Shown one piece after another: positions 13,160 through 26,849 of a stretch of DNA of 64,000 bases. The notes below the pieces were generated by a model. It had not been told where the DNA came from. It saw nothing but the letters and a program-made list of their open reading frames with translations, and made no database searches. Within the stretch, counting starts at the first letter, position 1, and each line of letters begins with the position of its first letter. The translations under genes and the position numbers were made by a program. The stretch comes from Camelus dromedarius. Lineage: Eukaryota. The stretch is taken from NCBI RefSeq assembly GCF_036321535.1, contig NC_087437.1, forward strand, positions 43,402,001 to 43,466,000. Reading direction: 5' to 3'.

Positions 13160-13230
13160 CTCTTTCTCTCTTTCTCTCTTTCTCTCTTTCTCTCTTTCTC
13201 TCTTTCTCTCTTTTCTTTCTTCCTTTCTTT
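12887..13230. repeat. 344-bp pure polypyrimidine tract including (TTTC)17
   Basis: No purine on + strand from 12887 to 13230; perfect TTTC array at 13091-13158. Confidence 0.98.
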
Positions 13231-14137
13231 GCTTCTGAGACTTATTAGCTCTGTATGAAAATAGAAATATATCATGTGGAAATAATTGAAAGGAAGCTCA
13301 AAAAATGAGTACCTAGAACATATACCAAGGACATGTAGCGGTTCTTGGATTTGGGGACCCCTTTAATCTACTCCCAACTTTATTCATCACAATTTATTAT
13401 AATTTGATTGCTCTTCCATCCCAGGGCCAATTTAGGAGTTCTATGAAAATATTATTTATGCTTGTGGACTATTTTTTGAGAACATTATAAAGTAGATAAG
13501 GCATTTGTAGTAGTTGGAATAGATGTATATCTAGTTCCCTTTGGTATACTGCTTCAGATGCAGACAGAGAAGGACATTAAGTACAGATGTTGATTATAAG
13601 GTGGATGCAGTTTTTTGTAAAGCTGAAGAAAAACCCTATGGCAAGACAGAGGACTCAGTGCAGCAGAGATGGGGATGGTGCCTCCTATGCAGATGAGGAA
13701 GGTTGGACTCTATGCTGAATGGAGAGTCTGGATTCGGGCTACAAAGATTCTTCCTGTCTTTTGAGAGGAAAATTGAGAAAATAACTTCAGACAAACTACC
13801 CCACATTAGAGAAGCTTCATCAATCACTCACCCTTAAACTATAACAAAGGCAATCCCTACTGTCTACTCAGTTATCTTGAGCCCCCAAAGTGACTTACAG
13901 TTGTTCTGTCACTCTTGAAATTCTTCCTTAAGCTGTCCCTGTCTTCTGCTTAACTTTCTGCTGTCCTGAGTAAAAAGTGACAGAGAGGTAGAAAAGTAGT
14001 AATGTTTCTAAAAGCCTTAACTCTTTTTACTCAGTTCATGAACAGTTTTTACTGGGAAGAGAATTTTTAAAAATGAAGGATGGACTTTGAAAATCAAACA
14101 CAAGGCACTGGATCTGCAAACATGATGAAGTTCAGAA

Positions 14138-14154
14138 TATATATATATATATAT
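14138..14154. repeat. (AT)n microsatellite
   Basis: Direct observation. Confidence 0.9.
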
Positions 14155-14944
14155 GGGGGTAGAGTTTTATCTTTTGTGTCTTTGGAGGCATTTTGGGGGT
14201 AGCTGTAGGAGGAGTCAAACATGAAGCTTCTTAGTCATGTGCCATCTTAAATTGGAAGCCCAGTGCGGAGAGTACTTCATCCTCTCTTTTGTAATACCGT
14301 GCATTCCATCAAATATCCTTTTCAGGCTGAGCTTACTCACCCTACATCTATTCTTGGTGAAAGTTCTACCATGAACTGTCACATTTTAGTCAAAACTTTC
14401 AACATGGACATTTTATTTGTCCCTTTTACTTGAACATACTCAAAAGTAGTTTTCAATTCTAAAACAGATGCTAGAATGGCTCAAATATTTCCTAAACAGT
14501 CATTTTTTTTTTTTCAAATGGGAAATGTAGTCCAAAGATTAAAGTTCTGGAAGGTTAAAGAATTTACTAGGCAATAAGCTTGGAAATTCTCCATGAATAC
14601 AAAGGCATGTGTTGGTTCCATTAACTAACAAATATACTCTTGGATGTGAGTCAGTAACTACAAAGTTATCCTTCTGATACAGAATAGCCTAAGGGCGCTT
14701 TCTAATTAAAATTTTGAAAGCTGATGCTCAGTATACCATATCTGTCTGCAATTCTAAATTAAGCTGGGATCTCTTATGTTGAGTTAGTCTATAATCTTTA
14801 CTTTCACTGCTGTGTGGCAGTTGAAAAAATGCTAATTTAGTAAATCAGATCAAGTTCAACTCTAAACTATTATTAGCATAGCAAATAAAGTTAGTGGTAG
14901 TTATGGTCGAGTTGCAATTTATGGACCTCATAATCCTACTAGTA

Positions 14945-15100
14945 ATAAAAATAATAATTCCAACAATAATAATAGTCTACCATTTATTGCACTCCTGCTG
15001 TGTTCCAGGCTTTTTAAATGTATTATCTCATCTGACTCATGCCACAACTGTGTGAGAGAGTTATCATTCCAATTCTTTAGTTCAATAGCTGAGGTGAGAA
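14945..15100 (-). mobile_element. MIR SINE
   Basis: 'accatttattgcactcctgctgtgttccaggc...tattatctcatctgactcatgccacaactgtgtgag'. Confidence 0.7.
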
Positions 15101-15289
15101 AAGAGGATGGCTTTAACTAAGACAGGATGGAAACCATGGAGTTGAGTGGTAGGGTAAAAGGGACAGTTAGAAAAGAGGTTCATTAAAGAACTTTAAAAAT
15201 CTTCTCAGTTACATTTTTGTAGGTGTATAAATTTCTTTTGTAATGTATGTATGCCTTGGATGATAGTGAAACATAAACAAAAACATGCA

Positions 15290-15950
15290 AGAAAATTAAA
15301 ATGGCCAATTCAGTTTCACACATGCTGCACCTAACATGCTTGGGAGCTTTCAGGAGGGACTGCTGGTTAGTTAGATGCAGAAGTCAGAGTTCAAGAAAGG
15401 GTTTGGGTTATAGATTTGAAAATCCTCAGTATAGAGTAGAAGTTGAAGTTTCAGGTATGGAGAAGATATTTTCAAAGAACTGTGTAGACTGAGAAGAAAA
15501 GAGGACAGAAGATAGGGTAATAGGAAACACTGGTATTTAAAAAGCAGTAAAAATTAGGAGAATTATCCATTCAAACAGGGAGTTATCAGCAAAGCTAACA
15601 GAATAGAGATTGTATGATATAGAGAACAGTCAAAAATGTTGAATTCTAGGATCAAGTAAGATAAGGCTTGAAGGTATGTAGTGGGTTTGCCAGTTCGTTA
15701 GCAAGTGAGCAGAGAGGAGGTGAGCAGCATTGGGAGCTCAGTGCTCTAGTGTGTTCAGGAGCACGTGATAGGTCACTAGGTGAGGAAGTGAGTGGAAACT
15801 TTGTAGAAGCCACAGTGTGCAGAGAAGTAGATTACAAGTCAGTAGCTAGAAATCGAAAGAAGAGTTTTATTAGAGGGACTTAAAGACATTTATCTGTGGA
15901 AAGAGAGAATATTGAGACATAAGACAGATAGATGATACCAAAAGGAGACC
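15290..15950 (-). mobile_element. LINE-2 fragment
   Basis: Purine-rich antisense L2: 'gttagatgcagaagtcagagttcaagaaagggtttgggttatagatttgaaaatcctcag'. Confidence 0.65.
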
Positions 15951-16309
15951 TTAAAGAAAGTCCAGCCATAAATCTCAACAAGATCTCCCCAGAGTGCTGC
16001 CTGGAGTGGAAGAAAGACTGGATGCTGATATCCAGCCTGAGCCTTGTTTGCCAAGCCATGTCAACTGGAGAAGATGGTGCTTTTTTTGTTAACAGTCCTA
16101 TCAAGTATGGCTTCTTTTTCTATTTAGTCTTCTCAGAAAAGACACCTTTTACAATTCATCTTCCCAGAAGAGACGCCTTTTTTCTATTTTGCGCAAGTAT
16201 TTGCTGGTAGCAGCCCAAAATTTTGCATGAGGGTGGCACTGTTTTTTGTACTTCTAATTAGTGAGTGACAACACAAAGCTCTGTAGTTTATCCTGTTACC
16301 ATACTGAAA

Positions 16310-16491
16310 TTACAGAATGTCAGCGTTAGAAAGTACCTCAAGGTTATCTACTGCAACCTGGACATGTCACACTTGAGCACATTCAAAAGGGTTTGGGACT
16401 TGCCTGGGGTCACGTAGCTAGTCAGTGGCAAAGCCAAGACCAGGATTCACACCTGGATTCATCCCAATTCCATGTTTTTTCCACTATGCCA
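16310..16491 (-). mobile_element. MIR3/MIR SINE
   Basis: 'gacttgcctggggtcacgtagctagtcagtggcaaagccaagaccagga...ttccactatgcca'. Confidence 0.7.
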
Positions 16492-17979
16492 GGAAACAAA
16501 GACGTAAACGTTTGCTTTCTGTGGTAGAATGTTAAAGCACTTCTTCACAGCATCCTGAGTATTGAATTCATGTGGTATGAGGTGGAAGCTTAGAGCACAG
16601 TCTTGCTTTCTAAACTTGCCCTGCTTATGAAAGTTGTAATTCTGACTTCTAAATTTTAATAATGGTTCTTCCTAAATGGATTTTTTTTAATGCATGGTAA
16701 AAAGAAAAAATGGCAGTTTAATTTTTCACGATAGTCTTGTAGATTTATGTCCTTGAATCCAAATAACTTTTTTTTGAAATTTTATACCAGTGTTTTTTAA
16801 AAAAAATAGGAATGTGTTTGAGTTACATTGAACATTTTCAGGTAGTACATGAGGATGGGATTGGCAACCACAACCACATGGATCAAATTTAGAGAAGATC
16901 TTGGATTTTTGTGGTAGCTGTTTACATATGAGATCTGCATGACTGTTCTGAATAAGACCATACACAACCATAAAGAGGTCAGCAGGACAACTCAGAAGAG
17001 TGGCATGCTAGCATCTTGGTTTACATTTTCAGCCACTGTTTTACAAATTATGTTTCTTGAGTTATTTATAGGTATTATTTGAATAAATAAGTCTGTGGTC
17101 AAATGGTGCTGTACTTCTACTGCGGCCTCTCCCTACCTCTATGTGAAAGTGTATATAGAAGTATTCCACAGTTGGGAGACATTTTTCTTAGGTGCTTTTT
17201 TTTTTTTCCTTCCTTCAGAATCTTTCATTAAGTAGCCAAGTTTTTAAGACATTTTTGAACACAAATGCCTGTCTTTTCCTGTAGTAAAATCCACTTGTTT
17301 CACTAAAAGAATTGCTAAGCTAAATAGCTAAAAAGAAAACATGACACAATTTGCTGTAGTACATACAAGTGCTACTGATATTAATGCTATAAAAAATAAC
17401 TTAAGAATATATATATAAATATATATATATTTTTATACGCACATGCATGTTTGTGTGTAGATTTGGGGGAAAGGAGCTATCAGTATAGCTATCTGTCTTT
17501 AGCCAGGCTTATTCATATCTTAAAGATGCTTCAGTTTTGTACAATTCAGTAGTTTTTACCTTGTGTTCTTTTTGAGAATTAAAGATTTTAACTTTGAGTA
17601 GGATGAGCTAATATTTGAGGTTAATTTTATGTCCATCACAATTTGGGTCCTTGTCCCTTTCTGTAACAATGGAACCAATGACCTAAAATCCTTCCTTCCC
17701 ATGCTTAATACCTGATCTAGTCAAAAGTCTACAGCTCTGCCTTTCAAAGCTCACTTTGGTACATACCCCTTAGAGGTGATAGCATGTTTTCCTAAATCCA
17801 AAAAATATATGACATCGGTTAATCTGAAGATGCCAAAAGAAATATACTTTTTGTTTGTTTTGATTTTTTTGTTTATTGTGAAGTAAAAGGTCAATCTTGA
17901 AGGAGCTAGCATCAGAAACAAGTATTATTGTGTTATCAAACAAACAATGTAAAAATAATTAAACGATAGACTAAGAAAG

Positions 17980-18870
17980 TATGTGAATTATTTGGACAAC
18001 CCATTTTTGACATTACATGAAAGAATATGGAAACTTATAGATATCAATTTAAGAACGTCCACATGCCCCAGCTGATTTCTGAAAGTATATATACATCCCA
18101 TACACTGACTCCATCTGCCGTGTGTTACCAAACTCAACGATAAGCAGACTTTATGAGCTGTGATACTTGCTCAGCAGAATCAACCTTGATAATCGGATAG
18201 ATTTAAAAAGACAAAAGCTGAATAAAACACTGTGTAAAAATAGATGAAATATTCCCGTAAAATAATGTCAATGTCATGCATGTGACCTTGGTAAACCCCC
18301 AGACTGAGAGTGGTTTCATGAACTAGAATACATTTTGCAAGGTGGGTAGACAGAACTACGACATGAACCAAGCAGCTGAGTTCATTCAAAGATAAAAGTC
18401 TAGGACTAAATGATGGCAGTCACAAAATTTCTTCAGTAGATGAATTGGAGATGAATATCTGAAAAAAAATCATACACTTTCTGGAACAGTTTTATCCACT
18501 TTGCCTACAAGTCATACTTAACATCTAATTGCAAGACAAGGTCAACAACAGCAGGATGCAGGGACCTCAGCATGGAAGTTGAGCTCGCTGAAATTCAGAT
18601 TTAGCGGACTGGACATGTGTAGAAGATGGATAACAGCGGGGTGGCTAGGCAGCTGATAGACTAGCTGAAACGGAGTGATTGTAAGCACAGTGGGCAGGAG
18701 AAGTACTCTAAGGCCTTTAAGCACTGTGGCGGAACCCCTGACTGCTGAGCAGAGATGGCGGCACACAGACCGTGCTGGCGCCCAGCAGTCGGAACCCGTG
18801 AGGGGCTGTGCTGTGCGAACTGCAGGACTCTTGCCTGAACTGTGATCAGGTGACTCTGTAGAGATGCGTA
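17980..18870 (+). mobile_element. Ancient RTE-clade LINE fossil (MamRTE1/L4-like), C-terminal ORF region
   Basis: From 18472: IHFLEQFYPLCLQVILNI*LQDKVNN; after a frameshift at 18569: SMEVELAEIQI*RTGHV*KMDNSGVARQLID*LKRSDCKHSGQEKYSK...C*AEMAAHRPCWRPAV. Colinear with RTE motifs LEQFHQRCLRxILxIxWQDRVTN, LRWAGHVxRM, GGQKKRFKD and WExxAxDRxxWR. 5' boundary uncertain. Confidence 0.82.
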
Positions 18871-20869
18871 ATAGTATGCTTTCTCGTAGGAGTAGTTTAA
18901 ATATAGGTAGGTCTTTATTGTATTGATTCGAACACTAGTATTTCCACTAAAAAAGAGTTCTTGTCAAAATCTGTCCTTTGGCATCTTGAGAGGTAATTTT
19001 TTTTTTTTTTCACTTTTAAGCCATCTGAAACATCCCCTGTAACCTTTGGTTAACTTTTTGTATTACTACACAATTCAGTTTCTCAGAAATGTTTATTTAC
19101 TTCCTGTCTCCTTCAGCATGCTCCGTATGATCCTTACTGCCTACTTTCAAGGTCTACTATTATTCTCAGTCCTTCTGAAAAGCATTTCATTCTGTTTCCC
19201 TCTGCCTTATCCTGTCTGTGAACTTATCCATCTTATGAGACCTTACTTTCGTGGAGTTAAGAGAAATAAATGAATAAAGAGGTCCAGTTATTGGACTTTT
19301 GCTTTTCAAATATAATTAAAATCTAATTCTTTTAACAATGAATTATGGGATAGCTTTATATATTTCTATACCGATGTATGTCTCTCAAGCAATCATAGCC
19401 CTACAGACAATTTCACTAGTTCTGAAAAATGGGTCAATGACAATTTTTACTTCTTTGACACAGTACTGCCTAAGGCTTTTGGTAAAATGTGTTAACCAGG
19501 AAAAAAACAAACAAACAAACAAACTTTATAGCCAGAAGATATACAATGAATGATCTATTGAATCCTAGGCTTTCTGGAAAGTTATCACACAATGAACTTG
19601 ATGCATTCACTTTCTCTAACACCTTGCAATTACTGAGAAATCATCTTTAGCATGACCATATTGGATAAGACAAGAGTATGTAAGGAACTTAAAGAAGAAA
19701 ATCTGCTTGTTATGATCAACTTGCTAATAGGTATATATGTATTTTTTATTTTATTTATTTTTATTTCCTACTTATTGTCTAAATGAGAATGATTTCAGCA
19801 TCAAAATGTGACCAAAGAAAGGGAACCAAAATTTAATGTAAGAAGTTTTAGTTTTTCTGCAGTCAAGGCCATGAGGACAATATGCCATGTGCCACGATTT
19901 TAATTATTTGATAAAGGAGTGCAAGCCAGGTCATCTGTATAGGTAAATTATTTCTTAGTACTGAATTTTATATGGATTTTATCATAAGAATCCTTACAAA
20001 AGGGTTTTAAAGTAACATAATTGCACTGTATTTTTGCAGAAGAAAGGGAAGATTTCTTCAAATATTCTTATATCACCCATTTATAAAAGGCAAGAATTAA
20101 ACACCATTAGTAAATACTTCAAGGATTGTCAAAAATTTAGGTAATTTAGATTCTAAATTAATATATGAAAAGTAAAGCTAGAGTTAACCTGACCCTGGAA
20201 CAGTCTGTCTCAAATATTCTTGATTAAAGTGAGCTTGTTTTAGGATTAAGTTATAGTTAGTTCATGTCTAGATTTTGTGGTGAATATCTGAAGTGCCAGT
20301 ATTCTGTGCTGTTGATTCAATAGCAGGCCATATTCTTTAAACATGAGACGTCTGTGGTAGAACTAACATTTGTCATGAAAATCTTGGAACTTGAGGCATG
20401 TATATGGGTAGAATCAAAATTGTTACCAAAACAGAGTTTTGACTCATCCCAAGTAATAGCCCAATAATTTATGTGAAATCTCAGAGTTCTGCCTCATGAA
20501 GCATGGAGAGGATATTTGTGCTTAAAAAACTTAACCATAAAATAAAACCTTTTAATGGCTTGTTTTTATTACATCACTATAATATTTTAAATGAGCTATA
20601 TACAGTTATTTGAATACATTCAATAGATGCATAGCATGTATTGCATTTCTGACAGTTTCTCTTTTTAACTCTCTACATAGATTTTGATACTTAAAATAAC
20701 AGGAGTAATTAAGATTGTTATTTTCTAAATATGTATCTAAAAGAATGTACTCTAGTCTATTAAGCACCTAGGATAAAGGTAAGCCCAGTCCTTTTTTCTA
20801 AAGACCAACCAGGCTATTTGTGTTTAACGATAGGTGATTCGGGTAAATGTTAGGAAAGACTTGTAATAT

Positions 20870-21215
20870 TCTATGGTAAGTATTATGAAGGAAGATGTTC
20901 AGTGTGCTTTGTGAAAACAAAGGAAAGTCACCTCACCAGCCTGAGCCCTGAAGGCCATTTGGTCATTAGTCATTCCAGCTAGAAGGGACAGCATTCTACC
21001 GAGAGTTGAATCCAAATGCAAGAAGTTCAGGGTAGCTGCAGTCCAGATGTTTTATGGGTAGGTAGGAAGAGACTTCGAGATTATCTGGCAGGAGCCAGAT
21101 AATGAAGGGCTTTGCTTACAATGGAAAGAAAGTTGGATTTTATCCGAAGTTATAAGACAGGTAGCAAAACTTGGGCTTTAGAGAAGGGGTAGATTCCAGA
21201 GCTATTAGAAGAACA
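20870..21215 (-). mobile_element. LINE-2 fragment
   Basis: 'ggagccagataatgaagggctttgcttacaatggaaagaaagttggattttatcc'. Confidence 0.6.
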
Positions 21216-21490
21216 CAGCATAGCATAGTGACTAAGAGGACCTGCCCAGATCTGGGTTTAAATCCTGGCCTTGCCAACTAAGAGTTCTGTGACTAGGGCA
21301 AGTTACTTAACCTCCAAATATAAGTGTCTTTATCTACAAAATACTTGTCTAGTTTGTAGTCACTCACAGCCTCCTAATAGCAACCGACTCACAATAGTCT
21401 TATAAGGTCCATATGGCTCAATGCACCTCAGTCTTTAGAAAGTCTCTGGTATACTGAAAGTGCTCAACAAATGTTAGTTATTATTATTCT
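21216..21490 (+). mobile_element. MIR SINE
   Basis: 'cagcatagcatagtgactaagag...ctgggtttaaatcctggcc...tgtgactagggcaagttacttaacctc...aagtgctcaacaaatgttagttattatt'. Confidence 0.85.
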
Positions 21491-22644
21491 GGAAAAATAA
21501 AATGCTAAGTATCACCGGAAGACTTGGGAGTTCTGATTAGTCTAATGTCTTATGCTTTGTGACATTTGCCCCATTAGTGGCACAGACTCATTGTTTTAGT
21601 CCTTTGTGACAAGAATCTGAGCCCAGGAGCTGTGTCATTTTTTTTTCCTTTTTTGTGCAATGTCTTTAGCAGCATGAGGCATGTGCTCGGGGACTGTTTG
21701 GTGAAAGAAATAGAGGAAGGAGCAAAATAATGTGTGCAGAGCAATGCATATAGAATTAGTCAAACTGTGGGAGTTTTGAACAAAAAATGTGATAACTAAT
21801 TTTTGAGGAGTAAGATTACGTTTTGAATTTTTAAAAAAACACATTAAGTATTTCTTTGAAGAAATATTGCTAGGAGACCATATCACATGTAATGGTCTGA
21901 TGAAGGACAGTTTCTGTGTCAGTTAGAGAAACCCGGTTTCCAGTGTATTTGAAAGAAAATGTCAATTTGCATTGATTATTTTTCCACTTACTTAGATCTA
22001 CATGACTTCATTCTTCAAGTGTTTAATCATGTTTTCCAAGACCCATATCCTTTGATCATAATGTTAGCCACATAGCCAGTAGTTCTGTACTTAGTGATAA
22101 AACTTCATTTCAAAATCTCCTATTTGTCTTTTTCTAGTTACCCTCTAATAGGCTGGAAATGTGTAATAAAATACCCTAATGACTTCACCTTGAGAACTAA
22201 ATCCCATTCTAATTGTTTTGATGCATGGGCTAGCAGGATAATTGATTGACACTAAGACCACTCAGTATACAGCCAGCTAACAGAATTAGATTAATGAAAA
22301 CATATGGTAATTACAACTGTGCAAAACAACTTGGAATCTGCAATGTAGCCTCAGGGTAAATAATCAAAAATCTGATCAAAGAGCAATTGGAGTTAATAAA
22401 AGTCTTATTGTGCGATTAGGATTAAGAGATGCTGAAAGATAAAATTGTAAAGTTTTAGTAGAGTGTTTGATGAAGATTTACTTCATTACTAAAAACATTT
22501 TCGTATACTAGAGTAGTCATTGAATTTTTAAAAGGTAGAATTACCACGTATGTTTTTGCAACATTGTTTATGAAACATTTAAGACTTTTCATACTTCATT
22601 GGTGTTTTTATAAAGCACTTGCACTTTCGAATCCTCAAACTTTG

Positions 22645-22890
22645 ACTCATTTATTCATCTGACAAATAACTGGTAAGCACTTATTATATATAAAGCTCTA
22701 AATAAAACATTGTTGAAAAGAGGTAAAACAGCCATAAACCCTAACCTTTGAAATTAGACTTTGGTGGAGAATTAAAATTTTTAAATCTATGATTCAAGAT
22801 GAGAGAAATAGAAAATCCTTTAGAAAAGGTGTAGATAAAATACTTGCAAAGTTATAAAGAAGTGATTACTTTTGTGGGGATTTCAGATTA
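22645..22890 (-). mobile_element. LINE-2 3' end fragment
   Basis: 'ctcatttattcatctgacaaataactggtaagcacttattat'. Confidence 0.5.
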
Positions 22891-23749
22891 AGCTTTAGGT
22901 TTGCTTCCTAATTCTTAAAAGTTTGAAGAAAGTATTACACACACTGGTAAAGATAAGAACGTTTTGTTTTACAGCACTCTCCTGGGTGGACCCTATTTTA
23001 TGTTCTGTCCTTCCATGTGTACTTTTTCATAATTAAAAGTATATACTGGATTCTAGAGTCTCCACTCCCCCAGAATCCCCAAATTGATGAGACAAAAGCT
23101 AGATTGTTTTTAGCCTAGGGAATCTGGCAAGAAACAATGGATGTATCTGAAGACACTGAAGGACTGAAGGTGTAAATAGACTCCTCTTTGGAAGTGCGTA
23201 CAATCCATTTCTATGGTACTCAAGTTTCAGCCCTGGAAATATACAAATCCCACTAGATAGTGTTCTTTCTAGAGAGCTGTGACCGTGGGTCACCACTATA
23301 TTCTGAGCACATTGAACCTAATAAAAATATTCAAGGTGGCATGTGAGGAGAGTATTATTGGTTCTTGGATCAAAATAAGAGTGGAAAGCCTAATATTTTA
23401 CTGCTTCTCTATCATTGATAAGCATGCCTTACTATAAGCTAGACTCTCGAATATTCTTATTTTCAGTTAGTTTGTCTAAGCAACAAAGAAGAACATGATT
23501 CTACAAGCCAATAATCCTTTCCATGACATGTGCTCTTGAGGAATCTATGCCTTTTCATGTTTCTTAACTGTCCTTTTCTCAAGTTCACATTGACAGTTCT
23601 TTTCCTCTTTCCTCGTAAATACTTTTTTAATCTCTTCATAATTTGATTTTTTGACTATTTGACAATTTAAGTACATATATTGTCATTTTACTGATTTATT
23701 AACCAGATTCTATACTCAATCTCTGAGTACTACAGTAAAGAAATTTACT

Positions 23750-24965
23750 CTCTCATTCATTCTTTTATGTATTCTTTCATTTAACAAATATGTATTGAAT
23801 ATCTACCATGTGCCAAGTACTGTGCCAGGGATTATAGATATAACCGTGAGCAAATATAGTCAAAGTCCCTTCTTCATAGTGTTTCCAGACTAGTGAGGTG
23901 GAGGGACCACACACACACACACACGCACACACATGCACGCACACACCCAGGATGTATGTGTGATTACAGCTGTGACAAGTGCTATAATAAAAAGATGTCT
24001 ATTCTGTGTGAACCTGTGATACGGCTATTCGACAGCACTAAGGGAATTTTCCTCTGAGAAAATAACAGTTCATCTGAAATCTGAAGCATGACCAGATGGT
24101 AATTAGACAACTAGTGAAGAAAGCATGTTTCAGGTGGTGATACAAGTGAAGGGGTTGCCTGTGATCCAGTGATGGGAGAGATCATGGCAAAGAATGGGCA
24201 AAAGAGCAACATAATGGTGCAACCAGAGTGTAAAGAGTGAAGGGGAGCTTTACCTGAGCTGACAAGGTGGGTAGAGATGGGAGTGTGCAAGTCATTTACA
24301 GCATGTTAAGGAGTATCTTAACCCTAAAAGAAATGAGTAACCACTAAAGTTTTTAAGCAAGAATTTAAGTTTTTCACATTAGAAGTTAAAGATACAAAAG
24401 ATGACTTTAGTGATCTGGTTTGTGTTTCTGAAAGTCTAGCGGTGCTATTTGCTGTGATTAGGAACAACGGAGAGAGCCCAGATTCTGAGAGCGTGAGGGA
24501 AGGAAATTCATGCATTCAATTTTCGCCATGTTGAGTTTGAGATGTCTTTGAAATACCCAGGAGAAGATGTAAAGTAGTCAGTTGGTTACACAAATTTGGA
24601 ACTCAGAAGAGTGTTATAGCCTAGAGATATAATTGTATGAATCAGTTGTGACTAGATGATAATTGAATCTGTGAGCACGGATGAGATCACATAGGGAGAA
24701 AATGCCGAGTTAGAAAAGGATAGAGAGTTAAGGAGCAATTTTAGAAGATTGTCAACATCTTGTGGCTTGAAGGAGGATGAGCATGCCAACAAAGTAGAAA
24801 GGAGAGGCAAAGAAATAGGAGGAAAGCCAGGAGACAGTTGTCTCAAAGCCAAGGGAAGAGAAAGTGTCAACAGTGTCAGTGTTTATGAGAGACTCAGCAA
24901 GGGATAAAAGGTCATGACTCTTGTTTTACAAGTAACAAATAAATGGCATTTGTTGACTCTGGTAA
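23750..24965 (-). mobile_element. LINE-2 (L2a-like) 3' region
   Basis: Begins 'tcattcattc...tttaacaaatatgtattgaatatctaccatgtgccaagtactgtgccaggg'; continues 'catgttgagtttgagatgtctttgaaatacccagg'. Confidence 0.88.
23908..23946. repeat. Imperfect (CA)n microsatellite within L2
   Basis: Direct observation. Confidence 0.9.
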
Positions 24966-25069
24966 TTATAATGTCCAGCACTGGACTGGCTTCATGGAAG
25001 CCTCGATCAGGCACAATGCCACCAAGAATCATATATCTCCTCCTGCCTTATGTGGTTTTGGCCCTGTCG

Positions 25070-25880
25070 TCATCCATGATTGATGGGATGGGTTATATTA
25101 AAGATGGATCCTAGCTTCTGGCTTGTGCACCTGACTGTATATTGGCATTATTCACTAAGGTTAATAATACAGAGGAAGAACAGTTTGGGAGGGAAATGTT
25201 TAATTCAGTTATGGGCATGTTGAGTTTAAGACAATGTCAGGCACCCAAATACTGTTATTGAATAGGCAGTGAAAATTAAAAGCAAATGGTAAGCAAAGTT
25301 ATGAGTGTGCATGGAATTACTTACAAAGACATAAAGAAACTGAAAAGGGCCTATCACCCAGCATTGAAGGACTCCAGCATTTAAGGATTAGATGCAGATG
25401 AACAGCCAACAAATAAGAACAAAAAGGAGTGGTCAGGAAGAAGGAAAATCAGGAGAATAGGGTGTCATTGAAGCCAAGGGAAAAGGGAATTCCAAGGGGA
25501 AAAAAAAAGAGTGGTCAACCGTGTAAAATACTGCTGAGAATCAGATAAAGTGAAAATGAGCAAAATGAAGACCAGAAACACCCGTTACTTAGCAAAGAAG
25601 GACGCGGGTGACATCAGGAACTGTTTCACTGGCAAACGGGCCAAGGCAGATGAGGGGGGAGAATTATTCCGATTGGAATGAATTAAGGAGTGAATGGGAA
25701 AACAAGAGCTGAGGAAGAATGATAGACTGCAGATGTATTTAGCTCTTCCAGAAGAATGACTTCGAAAGACAAAAGATAAAGCAGTAAGTAAAGGAGAAAG
25801 TGAGATCAGAAAGGTGATTTTGTTTGCCTGGTGAGATACACTTGGGAATGTGAAATATAGAGAGATTAATCTAAGAGAAA
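25070..25880 (-). mobile_element. LINE-2 fragment (second copy)
   Basis: 'cttctggcttgtgcacctgac...gggcatgttgagtttaag...ggaaaatcaggagaatagggtgtcattgaagccaaggg'. Confidence 0.75.
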
Positions 25881-26369
25881 GGAAGAAATTAAAGATATAA
25901 TGCAAAATAAAATACAAATAAATAATAAAATACATAAAATTAAAAAAACTACAATAAAAATAAAATACAAAATAAAAGGGAAATCACCAGATGAGAAGGG
26001 ATGATTCAGAGTATGAAATACAGATTTTACAAGGCGGGTACAAGGTACAAGGTCAGAGGATTACTAAACATGAGAGCTTATTAAAATAATGTCTCATAGA
26101 ATCTAGGCTAAATAGGAAAGTTGTGAAGATGAGACAGGGTTAATGGGTGAGAATTTTTTAAAGTACCAATGATGTGAGGACCCCAATGAGACAAACAACA
26201 GCTCTTCTTAGTGTAATTGAACACCAATAATCTAAAGAGTGTTCTATTGCAACATACTTTATGCTAAGCTTGATACACAGTGAAAAATTTTTCAAGATAA
26301 CCATGGGGCTGGGAGTCTCCCCAGGGTTACTGGAGGGACACATTACCTTCCTATACAACCATGGTGCTT

Positions 26370-26545
26370 TGTTTGTGTCCCTATTCTAATCTTTTCACCA
26401 TGTCCTTTCACTGATTGCTTATGTATCTGTCCAGATAAGTCTAGATTGTGGCCCCCTAGAATACTGCTTTTCTTTCCTCTCTTTAAGCTCATCAAAGATA
26501 CCTGAATATAAAAATACTCAATACATGTGTTCCATGGATTGAGCT
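26370..26545 (+). mobile_element. LINE-2 3' end fragment
   Basis: 'ctagattgtggccccctagaa...cctgaatataaaaatactcaatacatgtgtt'. Confidence 0.45.
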
Positions 26546-26849
26546 GATGTTCCAATTTGGCATCTTAATGGCTACTGTATATGTACTTTTGAGGTTGATG
26601 TTAAGCTCCCAGGTAGTAGCAGTAGCATAAATTTACTTCCATCTCATCTTCTGGGTTAAGCATGGTGTCTTAAGAGTATAAAAGTTTGGGAGTGGTGTGT
26701 TGCTGCTCCTCGTTCAAACGTACTACTCAATAGTAAAATTGCAGTGAGTTGTACTAGTTATGCCTCTTGGCCAAATTTAAATCACTAGACAGTGAAGTTG
26801 AAAAATTATTTTGTAGCATTTACATATAAACCCCTCATTTAAAATGTTA

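Noticed and set aside
12836..13275. Three 132-140 aa ORFs (F/L/S-rich and K/E/R-rich)
   Set aside because: Translations of the CT microsatellite, which lacks stop codons; not genes.
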